DNA from: Octopus sinensis
Lineage: Eukaryota
Length of the DNA: 64,000 bases
Assembly (NCBI RefSeq): GCF_006345805.1
Contig: NC_043001.1
Location: 113,088,001 to 113,152,000 of the forward strand
Reading direction: 5' to 3'
Position 1 is the stretch's first letter; the number at the start of each line of letters is the position of its first letter. The position numbers and the translations under genes are program-made. The notes beneath the pieces were generated by a model. It searched no databases, had not been told where the DNA came from, and saw only the letters and a list, made by a program, of their open reading frames with translations. Positions 25,981 through 39,220 of the stretch are shown piece after piece.

Positions 25981-27290
25981 GTAAAAATAACCAGCAATAT
26001 TTTACTCTACCTCCACTTCCAATATCAATTTTGGTTTCCTCAGTTTCACTCATTTCTTACATAACTGTTCCAGGAGCTTCTGTTGTTGCTGATGATGGTG
26101 ATGATGATGGTGTTCTTGTTATCATTATCATTTATATATTTATATAATTATTTTTTTCCAACTGTCTTTTCTTCTGTTGTTGCCCCTCGGGGTTGGGTGA
26201 TATACTCCTTCTCCCTTATACTCCTTCTCCCTGTCTTTCATTCAATTCATGTCACTCAGTTTTGTCTTAGCTTTCTTCTTGTTGTTCCTTCAATTTTTTC
26301 CCCCCTTTTATTCACTTCATTGCAAAAGATCTTCTCTAGCCTCTGGCTACCAATCTAATAAAACAGTATATAGGTACAAGTTCCGCTGCCTGGCTTAATC
26401 TAAGAATTTTTTTCATAGCTCTACATAGTTTTTTTTTGTCTTTTGGTAACCTTTCATTTTTATTCTTTGTGTGTGTGTGTAATTTATGTAAAATCAATGA
26501 AGAGTACATACATACATATATACATATGTGTGTTGATAGTAACAAGGCATAGTATGTGTCAAAGGAATGCTTTTTGTAAATATAAGTGGATGTGTGTCTC
26601 TATAAGACACAGATATTGATTAATTTTATAAGAAATGGAAAAAATATGTAAGAATGCAAAAAGACTAGTAATTCCTAAATTTGCACTTAGTCAATTTATC
26701 AGTTCCTAAGAAATAACTAATTTTGGACAGTTTATCATTAGTCTCAAGAGGAAAGGCCTTTATTATTATTAAAATCAATTATTAAATACAAGTCACAAAC
26801 AAATCATTATTCTTATTATCATTACTACTACTACTACTACTACTACTACTGCTACTATTATTGTTGTTATTATTATTAAGGCAGTGAGCTGGCAGAATCA
26901 TTAGAACAGCAAGCGAAATGCTACACTCTGAGTTCAAATTCCACCAAGGTCGACTTTGCTTTTCATCCTTTTGGGGTCGACAAAATAAGTACCAGTTGAT
27001 TACTGGGGTTGATGTAATCGACTATCCCCCCCTCCCCCAAATTTCACGCCTTTTTCCCATAGTAGTAAGGATTATTATTATTATCATTATCATGGTGGTG
27101 AGCTTGCAGAATTGTTAGCATGCCAGGTAAAATGCTTAGCAGCATTTCATCCATCTATATGTTCCGAATTCAAATTCTACTGGGGTTGATGTTGTCTTTT
27201 ATCCTTTCAGGGGTCAATGTAACTGACTAACCCCTCTCCTGAAATTTCTGGCCTTGTGTCAGAATTTGAAACCATTATTATTATCATTAT

Positions 27291-27757
27291 TATTGACTGA
27301 GGGAGCAGTGCATGCCATCAAAGTGACACTGGGGTACAAATATACAAAGCTCAATATACCCATGATGACTGCCCGTCTGATAAGGATAGACCAGGCTTAT
27401 GCATCACAACTATATGTGCATGACATGGTGATCTCATATCAAGATAAACAGCACATGATCTTGCAGATGGGGCCCAGTTAGAATTTTCTTCAGGTTTAGT
27501 AGCCCCTGCCACTCAAATAAGGTTTGTTTCAGAATGATGAATGAAACATTCATGTTTCCAGAGGTGAATTATTCAAATCCCATAGAATTCCTCTCAACAC
27601 ATGGCTATGAAGCTCCCCCACTACCCCTACTCATGATCAGAGACGCACATATCATCAGCCACTAAGAGACATACTCAACTGGTTGAGGTCAAGCAAATCT
27701 GTGGTATCGAGCAGATATTTGCTGTAGCCCATCTTTTATACCAAGACAAAACATGTA

Positions 27758-27794
<37 letters not shown>

Positions 27795-27954
27795 GACTGA
27801 GGGAGCAGTGCATGCCATCAAAGTGACACTGGGGTACAAATATACAAAGCTCAATATACCCATGATGACTGCCCGTCTGATAAGGGTAGACCAGGCCCAT
27901 GCATCACGACCATATCTATGCGACATGCTGATCTCATATCAAGATAAACAGCAC
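27291..27954 (-). mobile_element. Two tandem 5'-truncated copies of a repeat with (AAT)n tail (family E)
   Basis: 27291-27455 recurs at 27791-27954. Both copies start at (tta)n tracts. Confidence 0.7.
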
Positions 27955-28915
27955 TTGAACCATGTGATTGAGAAGCAAGCTTCTAACCTCACCGTCATAC
28001 CTGCACCTAGTAATGATACTATTTGGGTGAAGAATTTAATTAAAGTATGATCGTCTTGGTATGGATATTGAACAACACTTCATTCAATACGACCTGTTTT
28101 GGAAGTGTTTCCTTTATGGGATCGTGTCAGTTTTGATTAAAAAGTGTTACGCTTGTTTCTTTCATATATCCTAATCTATGTACAGTTTATTTTTTTTCAG
28201 TTGTAGCATAGTAAAAAAATATTTTTAAAATATCATTTCTGAACTAATGAGCGAGAAGGACTTAAAAGTTGGGTCATGTCATATTGGCTTGGCTTACATC
28301 ATGTTTGCTTGGGTGATATAATTGAAATAAACTTGGGAAGCCAAAGGCATTCAATACTCCCCCTCTGCCCCCCTCTCTCTCTTCACGAATCAACCAATGG
28401 ATGATGATCTTTGTGTTGTCTTTTGCATATGTGTAGTGTGGGATAAAATAAAATAAAAATTTGAATAATTTGATATTTTGATATTTTTTTTATCACCACA
28501 AGAAATAAAGTAATTTTCTCTGGCAAACATAGGCTTATTTACTAAAAGAAAAAAATAACCCAAAAAATAATGAAAAAAAATTTTGGTGTAAAATAAACAA
28601 TAAATAGTATATTAATATAGAAAGTAAAAAAAAAATAAAACTAAAATTAATATTGTGAAATAAAATAAAATAAAATAAAAAGAAAGTAAGCACTGTGTGA
28701 AATTGAGAATTTAAAAAGTAATTTCAAAAATAAATTTAGAGTGATGCTTTTTTTTGAAATTCAGTTTTGTTGTTTATTTTTTATTTGGTGGTATTTTTGT
28801 TTTCTCTCTTTCTCTTTCCTTTTTTTTTTTTGGTCTTTCTTTTGAAAATTTCCAATTTTAAAACTAGAGGCAATTTCCAACTTAAATTAAAAGAAAATTA
28901 TATAGAATGTGTGTT

Positions 28916-28934
<19 letters not shown>

Positions 28935-28949
<15 letters not shown>

Positions 28950-29216
28950 CATATATAGACATATATATATATACATATATATTTAGAGATATATATATAT
29001 ATACATATACACATATATAGAAATATATATATACATATACATATATATATATATATACATATATATTTACAGATATATAAATATATACATATTTACAGAT
29101 ATATAAATATATACATATTTACATATATGAAAATATATATATATATATATTTACACACACCCACACATACATATATATATATAAAATGAATGTGTGCATG
29201 CACATTCGTTTATATA

Positions 29217-29268
<52 letters not shown>

Positions 29269-29275
29269 TATGTTT
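28935..29275. repeat. Degenerate (TA)n/(CA)n microsatellite
   Basis: Direct inspection. Confidence 0.9.
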
Positions 29276-29664
29276 GTGTGTGTGTTAGGAGAAGAGGGTA
29301 TGCAAAGTGTTTAGGACACAGAAATAGCATAGTACTAACTCAATAACTCCCGATATTTGACGCGTTTACAAAATTGTTTGCGGAAATATTTAAAACACAT
29401 AGAAATTATAAAACAAACAAACCAGCAATAAGTTAAAACCATGGAATCTGTTTGCTAAATTCTATGTTTACAGAAATTTCTTCCATATTTCAAGATGGAA
29501 ATAGATCTTAATTTCCTTTATTATCTCAGATAATATTCTTTCAAAATAGGCTGAATTCCTTGCTTAATAGTGTGTGCACGTGTGCTTATGTGCGCGTGCA
29601 TAAAGGTACATACATATATACATATGTGCTTGCATTTTTCTTTCTATCCAAGTGTGTGTGTGCA

Positions 29665-29805
29665 TAGCGGTTCGGCAAAAGAGACCGATAGAATAAGTAC
29701 TGGGCTTACAAAGAATAAGTCCCGGGGTCGATTTGCTCGACTAAAGGCGGTGCTCCAGCATGGCCGCAGTCAAATGACTGAAACAAGTAAAAGAGAGTAA
29801 AGAGA
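29665..29805 (+). mobile_element. SINE family A, 3' half
   Basis: tagcggttcggcaaaagagacc...gactgaaacaagtaaaagag. Confidence 0.85.
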
Positions 29806-30170
29806 GAGAGAGAGACACATGTACACGCGTGCACACACACACGCACACAAAAATATATATTAGACCTCATTTCATGGTGTTTCTTTTTCTATGCTATCAT
29901 GGATTGGACAAGTCTTAAAGCATCTCAACGTTCTCTTCTTAGTCTTTCATTGTTTGACACACACAACAACTGAGCGAGAAAAAAAAGAACTGCAATCTTT
30001 TTGACCTCACATTGTTTTGACAAGTGGTAGTCCTTCTTGTCACTAACCATTTTGCAATGTAGACCAGGTGTGTATTAATGTGCCACTGACACTAGGGAGG
30101 TTATCTGTAGTATTACTAAAGAGTTTCTCTATTCTAATGAGTTCCTTTTTTTTTTTTAATATATTTAAAA

Positions 30171-30352
30171 AACACGTAAAAAGTACCCACTACACTCACG
30201 GAGTGGTTGGCGTTAGGAAGTGCATCAAGCCGTAGAAACACTGCCAGATCAGACTGGGCCCGATGCAGCCTTCTGGCTTCACAGACCCCAGTTGAACCGT
30301 CCAACCCATGCTAGCATGGAAAGCGGACACTAAATGATGATGATGATGATGA
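30171..30352 (+). mobile_element. Family D 3' fragment
   Basis: gtaaaaagtacccactacactc...catgctagcatgg...(gat)n. Confidence 0.75.
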
Positions 30353-30580
30353 TTTTATGTGTAACCTGTTGTAGTGGCTTTGGATATATTAGGTTAGTCC
30401 ATATAAGTTTACCAAAATAAACCCACTCCAATGAGTAAACTGCCAAATAGTGCCTCATCTCGCTCAAAATAATGATCAAATTTCCTTCAAATCATTCTTA
30501 TCTTGGTAAAAAAGGAGAAGACATGTTAGAAAATTTACTTCAGTGGTCATAGAATGGTTTTGATTGATTAATATAGAATA

Positions 30581-30976
30581 CTAGCAGTATCACCCGGCGT
30601 TGCTCGGGTTTGTAAGGGAAATAACTATATAAGCATTTTTAGAGAGTTATAGCCAAAAAATAGCAAAAAAATGCATTAAAAATGGAAAAAAAATGATGGT
30701 AAATTTTTTTAAATCGTTGTCTCATCGTAGACATTTTTAGAGAGTTACTTCCCTTATATAATAGCAAAAAAAATGCATTAAAATGGAAAAAAAATTATGG
30801 TAAATTTTTTTAAATCGTAGACTCATCATAGACGCGCGCTATTACCCAGAAGGGCTCGATATGAATCACGACTATAAGATACCCGCTTTTGGTTAAACTG
30901 CACCGCAAAATGTGTGAGTAGTTAGGAATCTAAATCGTAGGAGACAGACACACAACTTGACTTTTATATATAAAGA
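30581..30976 (-). mobile_element. Non-autonomous Helitron
   Basis: On the - strand it starts TC(TTTATATATAAAA) and ends with hairpin CCCGAGCAACGCCGGG ~8 nt before CTAG. Inserted between A and T with no TSD. Internal ~100-bp tandem duplication. Confidence 0.75.
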
Positions 30977-31278
30977 TTAGCACTATAGCATTTAAATTAC
31001 TGTCAAATTTAATTTGTTTTGGATTAATTATGCATTATGTCATAGCTTCAGGATTTCGATCATGTAATTGTTTACTCTTGGAAAAACATTGTAGGAGAGG
31101 TATGAGAGGCTGAATATGGTTAGTTCCAAAGTAAAACTGGTGGAAATTTGGGTTGGATATGGCCAGTTTAAATGCTAAATAGTTAAAAAGTAGATCCTGA
31201 AGCTAAACAAGAGCAACAACTAAAGTAGACATCCAACTCATAGCTAATCAAAAGTGCTGCATAATATGGATGTATACC

Positions 31279-31511
31279 TATTTTTTTACTACCCACAAGG
31301 GGCTAAATACGGAGAGGACAAACAAGGACTGACAAAGGGATTAAGTCGATTACATCGACCCCAGTGCGTAACTGGTACTTAATTTATCGACCGCGAAGGG
31401 ATGAAAGGCTAAGTCGACCTCAGCGGAATTTGAACTCCGAACGTACCGGCAGACGAAATACCGCTAAGCATTTCGCCCGGCGTGCTAATGTTTCTGCCAA
31501 CTCGCTGCCTT
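31279..31511 (-). mobile_element. SINE family B, full length, 14-bp TSD
   Basis: TSD tatggatgtatacc at 31265-31278 and 31512-31525. Confidence 0.9.
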
Positions 31512-31965
31512 TATGGATGTATACCACTACCACATATGTCTCTTGTAGTTCTGAACAAACTCTGTTAATCTCCATAACACTGTTACTTCAGAATTTTTAT
31601 ACATTCTTCTGCTACTTAACTTTTTTTTTTCCTTTGCCTACTTTTTTTTTTTTCCTTAATCCAATTCAATGACTTTGCTAGCCTTGCCAATTACCAACAT
31701 GCAAAGACTTAACATTCTTGTTCTTAGACTGTTAGCAATAAAGAGATGAAATCTATATCTATCTCTTCATATGGCATAAAAAGCTTCTAAAGTATCCTTA
31801 ATATCACAGCTTGGATTTTCAATGATTTCAGTCTTGGATATTAAAAAATTTTCATATTCTGGAAGTTACATTCTGTGAGAGAATATTATTTTGCAGCCTT
31901 CATTGTTTATGGCATGTGATATGTAAGAGAACAGAGTGTGATGTGTCAGTGTGTGTATGGACACA

Positions 31966-32004
<39 letters not shown>

Positions 32005-33088
32005 ACACACACACACACTCACACACACATGTGCACACATATGAATTGATATACTAGAAGTTTAGTTTTATTCTGTCTATTGATTACTTCAGAAATGCGT
32101 TGTTTTTATTTATTATTATTATATTATTATTATTATTATTTCTAAAACCACTTTAATATCATTACAAGCCTAGCATGTTGGTGTTAGATTTTGTTTAATT
32201 AAAAGAGATTTTAGATTTCGTTTGCTAAGATATTTGGTATACTTGAGAAAATATATCCGAGCATATTATTCTCCCCTATTTTGGAGAAGTCCTACCCACC
32301 CATGCGAACATGGTGAAACATATGTTAAAATTGTGGTAGTGATGGATGATGGGATGATAATACATGTTTTAGTCTTTCATTCATAATGTTACTTGTTAAG
32401 TCTCCATTTTGCTGTTCTTCATCTGTTTGATACTATGCCCCTCTTGTGAGCAGAGCAACATCTATATTGTTTGCTCAAGGAAGCATAACTGGAAAAGCGG
32501 GAGAGAGAGAGAGCAGTGTCAGAAGAACTAGAATGAATGGACGAAAGAAGGAAGAAAATGATGGTAGAATAAGTAATTGGGTTGAGAAGGGTGAGTGATG
32601 GGTAATAATAGAGGTGGATGTTGGTAAGAGTAACTGATAGATGACAGTAATAAGCAGTCCTCGGTGGAAGAGAATGATGAATGTCAGTAGAGAAAAGGTG
32701 GTACAGATCAGTGCCATACCTTGTACAATAAACCTGATGACAGGCTGATGGTGAGTGAGGTAGTGATAAGGATTGTAATGGTGATGGATTAAATAGTAGA
32801 TCCAATACTGTCTCTTGTTGCATGGGTGGTATTGGTGATAAGGAGATGAAGGGCATCAAAGGTGCAGTAGATGTAGACTTATTAGCTGATATATAAATAT
32901 TATATTCTTATCTTTAGCTACTAACACCATTTTCAACATTCATTTTGTCATACTTACACAATCAGATCTTCAACACCACCACATATCATCCATCAACATA
33001 GTCCTTTGTCCTCTCCTTGTGATGCAACATTTTGTGATCAGTCTTCACCACTATAACCTATGTCTTTCTCAACACAGCTCCTCTTTAA

Positions 33089-33309
33089 CCCTTTAGCATT
33101 TAAACCGGCCGTGTCCGGCCAAAAGTATTCTGCCTGTTTTATGTTCAAACTGGCCAGATCTGGTCTCTCACACTAACCCTACAGTATCGTTTAAAAAATT
33201 AACAGCTACCTCTTCAAAATCTCATAGCTACAAGATAATGCATGATTAGTTCAAAACAATGTGGATGAAAAAGCATTAATTTTGGTAGAATAATGCAAAC
33301 ACTAAAGGG
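33089..33309. mobile_element. piggyBac-type MITE
   Basis: TTAA|CCCTTTAGCATT ... AACACTAAAGGG|TTAA. Confidence 0.8.
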
Positions 33310-33870
33310 TTAAGCAGCTGCTTTTCTTCATGTGTATCGCATTCTCATACTATTGCAGTCCTCTTGCTTGCACACTCCTCTTATATTCCTCTTATATCTA
33401 GTTTTTCTCTCAGCTTATCTCTACTCCTTTGTTCATGCACATTACCAACATATAATCTATCCAGTGAATCATCCTTGCTTTATTTCTTTTGAAAATCCTC
33501 TGCATATTCAGAGCTTTTATAATGCTAACATGGAGCATCACATTTTTTAACACCAGTATCAAACAATCCACCCTTAACTCTGAAGGGGCAACCCTTGTTG
33601 CCAGCAGAACTAATAGCTCACTGAAATTTTTCCAGTTCAGTCTTACTCTGGGAACTATGCTTTCAGGACACCCATCCCAGCTACTTGGGCACCAAGGAAG
33701 ATTTTTGAGAATTTTTTAGAGCTTATTTCCTCTAACTTCTTAATGTTTATTGCCTATGTGTACCTTCTATGTGTTTCCACTTGGTCTTCAGTGTAACAGA
33801 ATTCACATGGACAAACATGTTATAACCTGGAGGACTATAATGAACATTTACACATGCACATGCACACACA

Positions 33871-33908
<38 letters not shown>

Positions 33909-34060
33909 GAACTAGATTACAATGTAGGTGTTTCTAACACCATAGGCAAAGTTAGTGACACTTACAGTTTTCCTTTATAGTAAAACATTGCACACCGCTG
34001 TCTATATTAATTTTCTCTCTCTCTGTCTCTCACTCTCTCTCTCTCTCTCTTTCTATATAT

Positions 34061-34107
<47 letters not shown>

Positions 34108-34138
34108 GAAAGAATGGAGTTGAACGACGATTTCAACA

Positions 34139-34242
34139 AAATTCCTTTACTCTCGACACATGTTTCGAAGGCTGCATATTCTTAATTCCGAAGAAATAAA
34201 GGGTGCATTATGCCGCCATCTCATCAGGAAAGACAAGGAACT
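34139..34242 (-). ncRNA. Putative type I hammerhead ribozyme inside a ~240-bp element between (TA)n tracts
   Basis: CUGAUGA, 12-bp stem II (10 paired), GAAAC, GUC triplet, and stem I of 5 bp + 2x2 loop + 8 bp, all paired by hand. Confidence 0.65.
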
Positions 34243-37098
34243 TATGTCAGCATCATGACAAACAAAAACTTTTAGATGACTGCCTACATGATGTCCACAG
34301 TAATAATTACCCATACTAGGATAATTCATTCACTTTCTCATATATATATATATATATAATATATATTGTGAGTGTGTGTATATATATATTATATACACAC
34401 TTGTGAGTAGCCTAAGTTTTTATGCATACATAGGCATGGCATAGGTGCAGGTGTTGCACTTTGTGAGTGGATTTGGTTGGTTGATGGAAACTGAAAGAAC
34501 TTTGTCGCATGAGTGTTTGTGTCTCCTTGTCTCTATCATGTGGTAGTTGTAAATGAATGTCATTGTCATATAAGCAGTGTCATCCATTCCCAATATTCTG
34601 TAAGAACATGTCTGGCCATGGGGAAGTATTACCTTGCTTGTAAATGTTATTGAAGAAGCTAAGTAATGTTGCCTTTGATACTTTTAAAAGATATGTTGAT
34701 GGATTTCCAGAGAATCTAATGACTTAAAAGAACAACCTCCAGTAATCTGTGGATCACACTTGAGATGTTACACATACTGAAACAAGCAACTACAATATTG
34801 GACCCCTTCGCAACATTCTTAGAACTATGATGGCATGGTATTGCAGTACCGTCTTAACATGTCTGCTAAAAACTTACTAAAGAACTTACCATGATGCTTA
34901 TTGAAAGCACTGACAATAGTCATCGTTCTCACAGTGAACTTAGTGATATATAGTTTACACATTGCTGTTCTGTTTATTTATCATCTATTCAAACCATTGA
35001 TTGTTATAGTAATCTTCAGAACTTATATGTTTTCGATTGGAACTGGAAAGAATTGATGGATGTTACTAAGAGAATATCTCTCTCTCTCTCGCTCTCTCTC
35101 CTCCCCCATCCCCCCCCCATCTCAACTAAGAGCTGTCGCAGTTAATATATGTTGCTGACAGTATATTATTTAGCTATCAGTAATTTAGGTTGCATTGTGA
35201 GAACATCACTTTTATCATTTACTTCTGTAAGCCTTCCCTACACAATACCTTCCTACAAATGTACTCTTGTATACTCACACACACACACACACACAGTTTC
35301 CATACAAAACAAACTATCTCGTAGATATAGATATACACTCTGTGCACGTGCTCATACATGCACATTGAGAGTGATTCCTGCACAAGTGATTGCAAGTGTG
35401 TAATATTATGCGCTTGTTTGCTTGCATGTATATGTGTATAAATAAAGTGTGTATGTGCATATATTTATATAATATATATGTATATATAATGAGTTAATGT
35501 TCTTTCACTTTCATAATTAACAAGTTATTAATGAAGATAGCTTCTGTAATTAACATGTTATTGATGAAGATCAATGCACGGTGCTTTGTCATAATGTATG
35601 TCTGTAGATTCTCTGACTGGAGCCAGCTATGGTAATTAAAAAATAATCTTTTAATCTCTGTCCTGCAACAACAGCAATATCATCAATAATAATAATAAGA
35701 ATATGAATAATGATTTGTTTATTCAAGGCACTTGGCCAATATTTTGTAGTAGTAGTAGTAGTTGCTTGTATTAGTATTTGAATACCAGTACTGATGATGA
35801 TGATGATGCTGATGATGATAATCATAAATTTCTTTTATTGGCCACAAGAATCCAAAACGTTGAGGACAATAATACAAGGATGAACTATTATACAAAAAGT
35901 GAGGTGTACAGCAAGCGAAAAGAAGCCAACAAAAATAAAAATATAACAAAATCTCAGCATGAAAAATTAGCTAAAAAAGAGCTGGGTACATTGGAGGGAA
36001 CCCCATTACCATATTACAAGAACAATTTATAAAGAAACACTTCTTGGTTTCACAGAATTAAGTATGAGATAATATGCCTGAAAAAAAGTACCATATACAA
36101 TGTCAATGAACTTTATAGACCCTAAGGCACCCTTGCTGTCAAGGGCAAGCACTGTCTCCTAGCTTTGTTGTCTACTCCACAGCTACTGATTTCTAACATC
36201 GGTTAGAAAATTTTAAAGGAAATGTATAGTAGAGTAAAAATTACTTTTGTATTTGGCTGGTGTTTATTGATGTCTAGAAGAGTGAGTACTGAAGTTGACT
36301 TTGGTAAGATTTGAACTTAGAAAGTAAAAAGACAAGAGCAAAATATTAAAATAAATCTGATTCTACTAATTCACTGGGATTATTGATGATGATGGTAATC
36401 CTTTCTACTATAGGCACATGGCGTAAGATTTTGTGGGAAGGGACTAGTTGATTTCATCAACCCCAGCGCTCAACTGGTACATATTTCATTGATCCCGAAA
36501 GGATGAAAGGCAAAGTTGACCTTGGCAGAATTTGAACTCAGAACGTAACGATAAATAAAATACTCCTGAGCATTTTGTCAGACACATTAACGATCTACCA
36601 GCTCGCTACCTTAACGATATAATAATAATGATTTCTAGTGTTGACACAAAGTCAAAAATATCTTGTGAGGCGAGATGACTGACACTTACTTTACCAACCC
36701 TCCTACCCCCCATCCCAAGAAAGATGAAATGAATATTGATCTTGGTAGGATTTAAGCTTAGGATTTAAAAGGTTGTAACTATATGCTAAAGCATTTAATG
36801 TACCCATTTTCTTACCTGCTATTAATTACCACTATTAATAATATTAAGAATAAAAATGATTTTCAAGAATTGTGTTTGATAATGAGTGTTTATAGAGAAG
36901 TAGGAATCTGAATTTCTTTTCATTTTTGGGAACACATAAATGGTTATAATATAGTAAAATATGGCTGAGAGAATTCACCAAGTAATTACTGTTATACATG
37001 ATGATGCTAACCATAACATCCATGTATTATTATCATGAATTAAATTTTTAACTTCCCTTTTTATTGTTTTAGTTTAGCCCCAGTCTTATCCTGTTTAA

Positions 37099-37319
37099 CC
37101 CTTTTGTTACCAACCAGGCCAAAACCGGCTCTGGCTCTGTAGTATTAATGTCTTGTTTTCATAAGTTTTTCATTAAAATTTTCCACCAAACCTTAGTTGC
37201 AATTTATGTTCCTAACACTAGCTTAATGATAACTAAGTTATTTTACTAAATTCTTTATTATATTTAAAATAATTGAAAGAAACACAGAGCATCTCAAAAT
37301 AAATACAGTAACGAAAGGG
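37099..37319. mobile_element. piggyBac-type MITE
   Basis: TTAA|CCCTTTTGTTAC ... GTAACGAAAGGG|TTAA. Confidence 0.85.
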
Positions 37320-37750
37320 TTAAATAAATGTATGATCAAACGTGTTCAAACTGCCTGTCTTTTTTCTTTAAGGCAAACTATATCTATATTTATGTTGTTC
37401 AATATATGATGTGATTTCAGGAGAATTTGGTAGCTATATCCACCATGTTCATCTATGTGCTGGGGTCAATTTACTTGACTGTTCCCTTTATGTGGCTCCA
37501 TCATAACAGTTAATAACACTTCTTCTGCATTACTGAAAAGTAGGGCTTTCCATTAACACATACTAATAACATGGATTTCTTTTTTGGTTTTACTGTAATC
37601 AAGTTCCTTACAGTAAAAACATCTTTTTTTTCATTAATTATTATGATGACGAAGACTTTGCAAACGATGATATTAGTGAGATGTCAGCTATCTACAACTG
37701 TTTAATAATATTGTGAAAAACTAATGTTTATATATTTCTATTCTTTGAAG

Positions 37751-37852
37751 ATGGATGATGGATTTATGGAGGAGCACAACATGGTGCTGGATGATATTTT
37801 AGAGGAGCAACATCATGAAAAAATGCAGTTCATGGCAGGAATGCTCAATGAG
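37751..37852 (+). CDS. PDZRN3: PDZRN3/4-like internal exon (MDDGFMEEHNMVLDDILEEQHHEKMQFMAGMLNE)
   Basis: ttctttgaag acceptor, GAG|gtaggt donor, 102 nt. LEEQHH..MQF matches the family motif. Confidence 0.9.
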
Positions 37853-38148
37853 GTAGGTCATTTGATTATTTTGAGGTTTCACTGCACCATCAGTAAATTC
37901 TAGTTATATGTTACATATCTATTTTATAATTTTTCTTGTATACTAATTATAATAATAGTTTTACTAGCCTCTGAATCTCTTAGATGTTAAAATATTCTCA
38001 TGATTCTTTTTCTTCAACCTCACTAAAAACGTTGTCTTTATGGGGTATATAAAATATATCAGTTCAGTTTTGTAAACACCCTTCTTACTTGCCTTGTCAA
38101 CTAACAAACATAAAACCACAGATATTAAGAAGTAGTACATGAAATATA

Positions 38149-38451
38149 CGTGGAGGTGCAATGGCCCAGTGGTTAGGGCAGCGGACTCGCGGTCGCAGGA
38201 TCACGGTTTCGATTCCCAGACCGGGCGTTGTGAGTGTTTATCGAGCGAAAACACCTAAAAGCTCCACGAGGCTCCGGCAGGGGGTGGTGATCCCTGCTGT
38301 ACTCTTTCACCACTTTTTCTCCCACTCTTTCTTCTGTTGGCCTGCTCGCTTAGCCAGCGGGGTGGCATCATTCAAAGGCTAAAACAATGCGAACGCATTG
38401 TGACCAGCGATGTGTAACATCTGATGGTCTGGTCGGTCACGTGATCACGTG
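38149..38451 (+). mobile_element. SINE family C, tail type 2, 12-bp TSD
   Basis: Same ~170-bp head as 22524 but an unrelated tail ending gtcacgtgatcacgtg. TSD acatgaaatata at 38137-38148 and 38452-38463. Confidence 0.85.
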
Positions 38452-38647
38452 ACATGAAATATAATGGCTCAACTAGGAATTGAACCTGTATCACTATGTC
38501 ACTGAGAACTTATTACCACACTCTTATGTTTGCACATGTTTACTCACTCACTCATGTTTCACTGCACCATCTTTCCCTCTTCCATCTCATCACTTCAGTA
38601 ATGCTTAATTATATAAATATATCCTAATTATTTATATTTTATTTCAG

Positions 38648-38776
38648 GTTCATATGGATGAAGAAGGTGCTACAACAGATACAGGAATGACAGAAAATTC
38701 GTGCCTGAAGCTGGAGAAAGATAGTGGAGTGGGACGTACTGATGAAAGCACAAAAAATGAAGAAAGTTCAGAGCAG
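38648..38776 (+). CDS. PDZRN3: PDZRN3/4-like internal exon ([43 protein letters not shown])
   Basis: atttcag acceptor, CAG|gtaaga donor, 129 nt. Carries the hallmark [13 protein letters not shown] motif. Confidence 0.95.
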
Positions 38777-38816
38777 GTAAGATTCACGCTTGATCCAATC
38801 ATCATGTGGAATACAT

Positions 38817-39220
38817 GTGTGGTAAGTAGCTTGCTTACCAACCACATGGTTCCGGGTTCAGTTCTACTGCGTGGCATGTTGGGCAAGTGTCTTCTACTAT
38901 AGCCTCGGGCCGATCAAAGCCTTGTGAGTGGATTTGGTAGACGGAAACTGAAAGAAGCCCGTCGTATATACATACATATATATATATGTGTGTGTGTGTG
39001 TGTGTATGTTTGTGCGTCTGTGTTTGTCCCCCTAGCATTGCTTGACAACCGATGCTGGTGTGTTTACGTCGCCGTCACTTAGTGGTTCGGCAAAAGAGAC
39101 CGATAGAATAAGTACTGGGTTTACAAAGAATAAGTCCTGGAGTCGATTTGCTTGAGTAAAGGCGGTGCTCCAGCATGGCCACAGTCAAATGACTGAAACA
39201 AGTAAAATAGTAAAAGAGAG
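38817..39220 (+). mobile_element. SINE family A starting ~40 nt downstream of a PDZRN donor
   Basis: Colinear with family A, slightly 5'-clipped. Confidence 0.9.

Noticed and set aside
32420-32860. Possible very old Penelope GIY-YIG remnant on the - strand (PCNK..., VYCTRYGTDLY)
   Set aside because: Similarity is too faint to support without a translated search.
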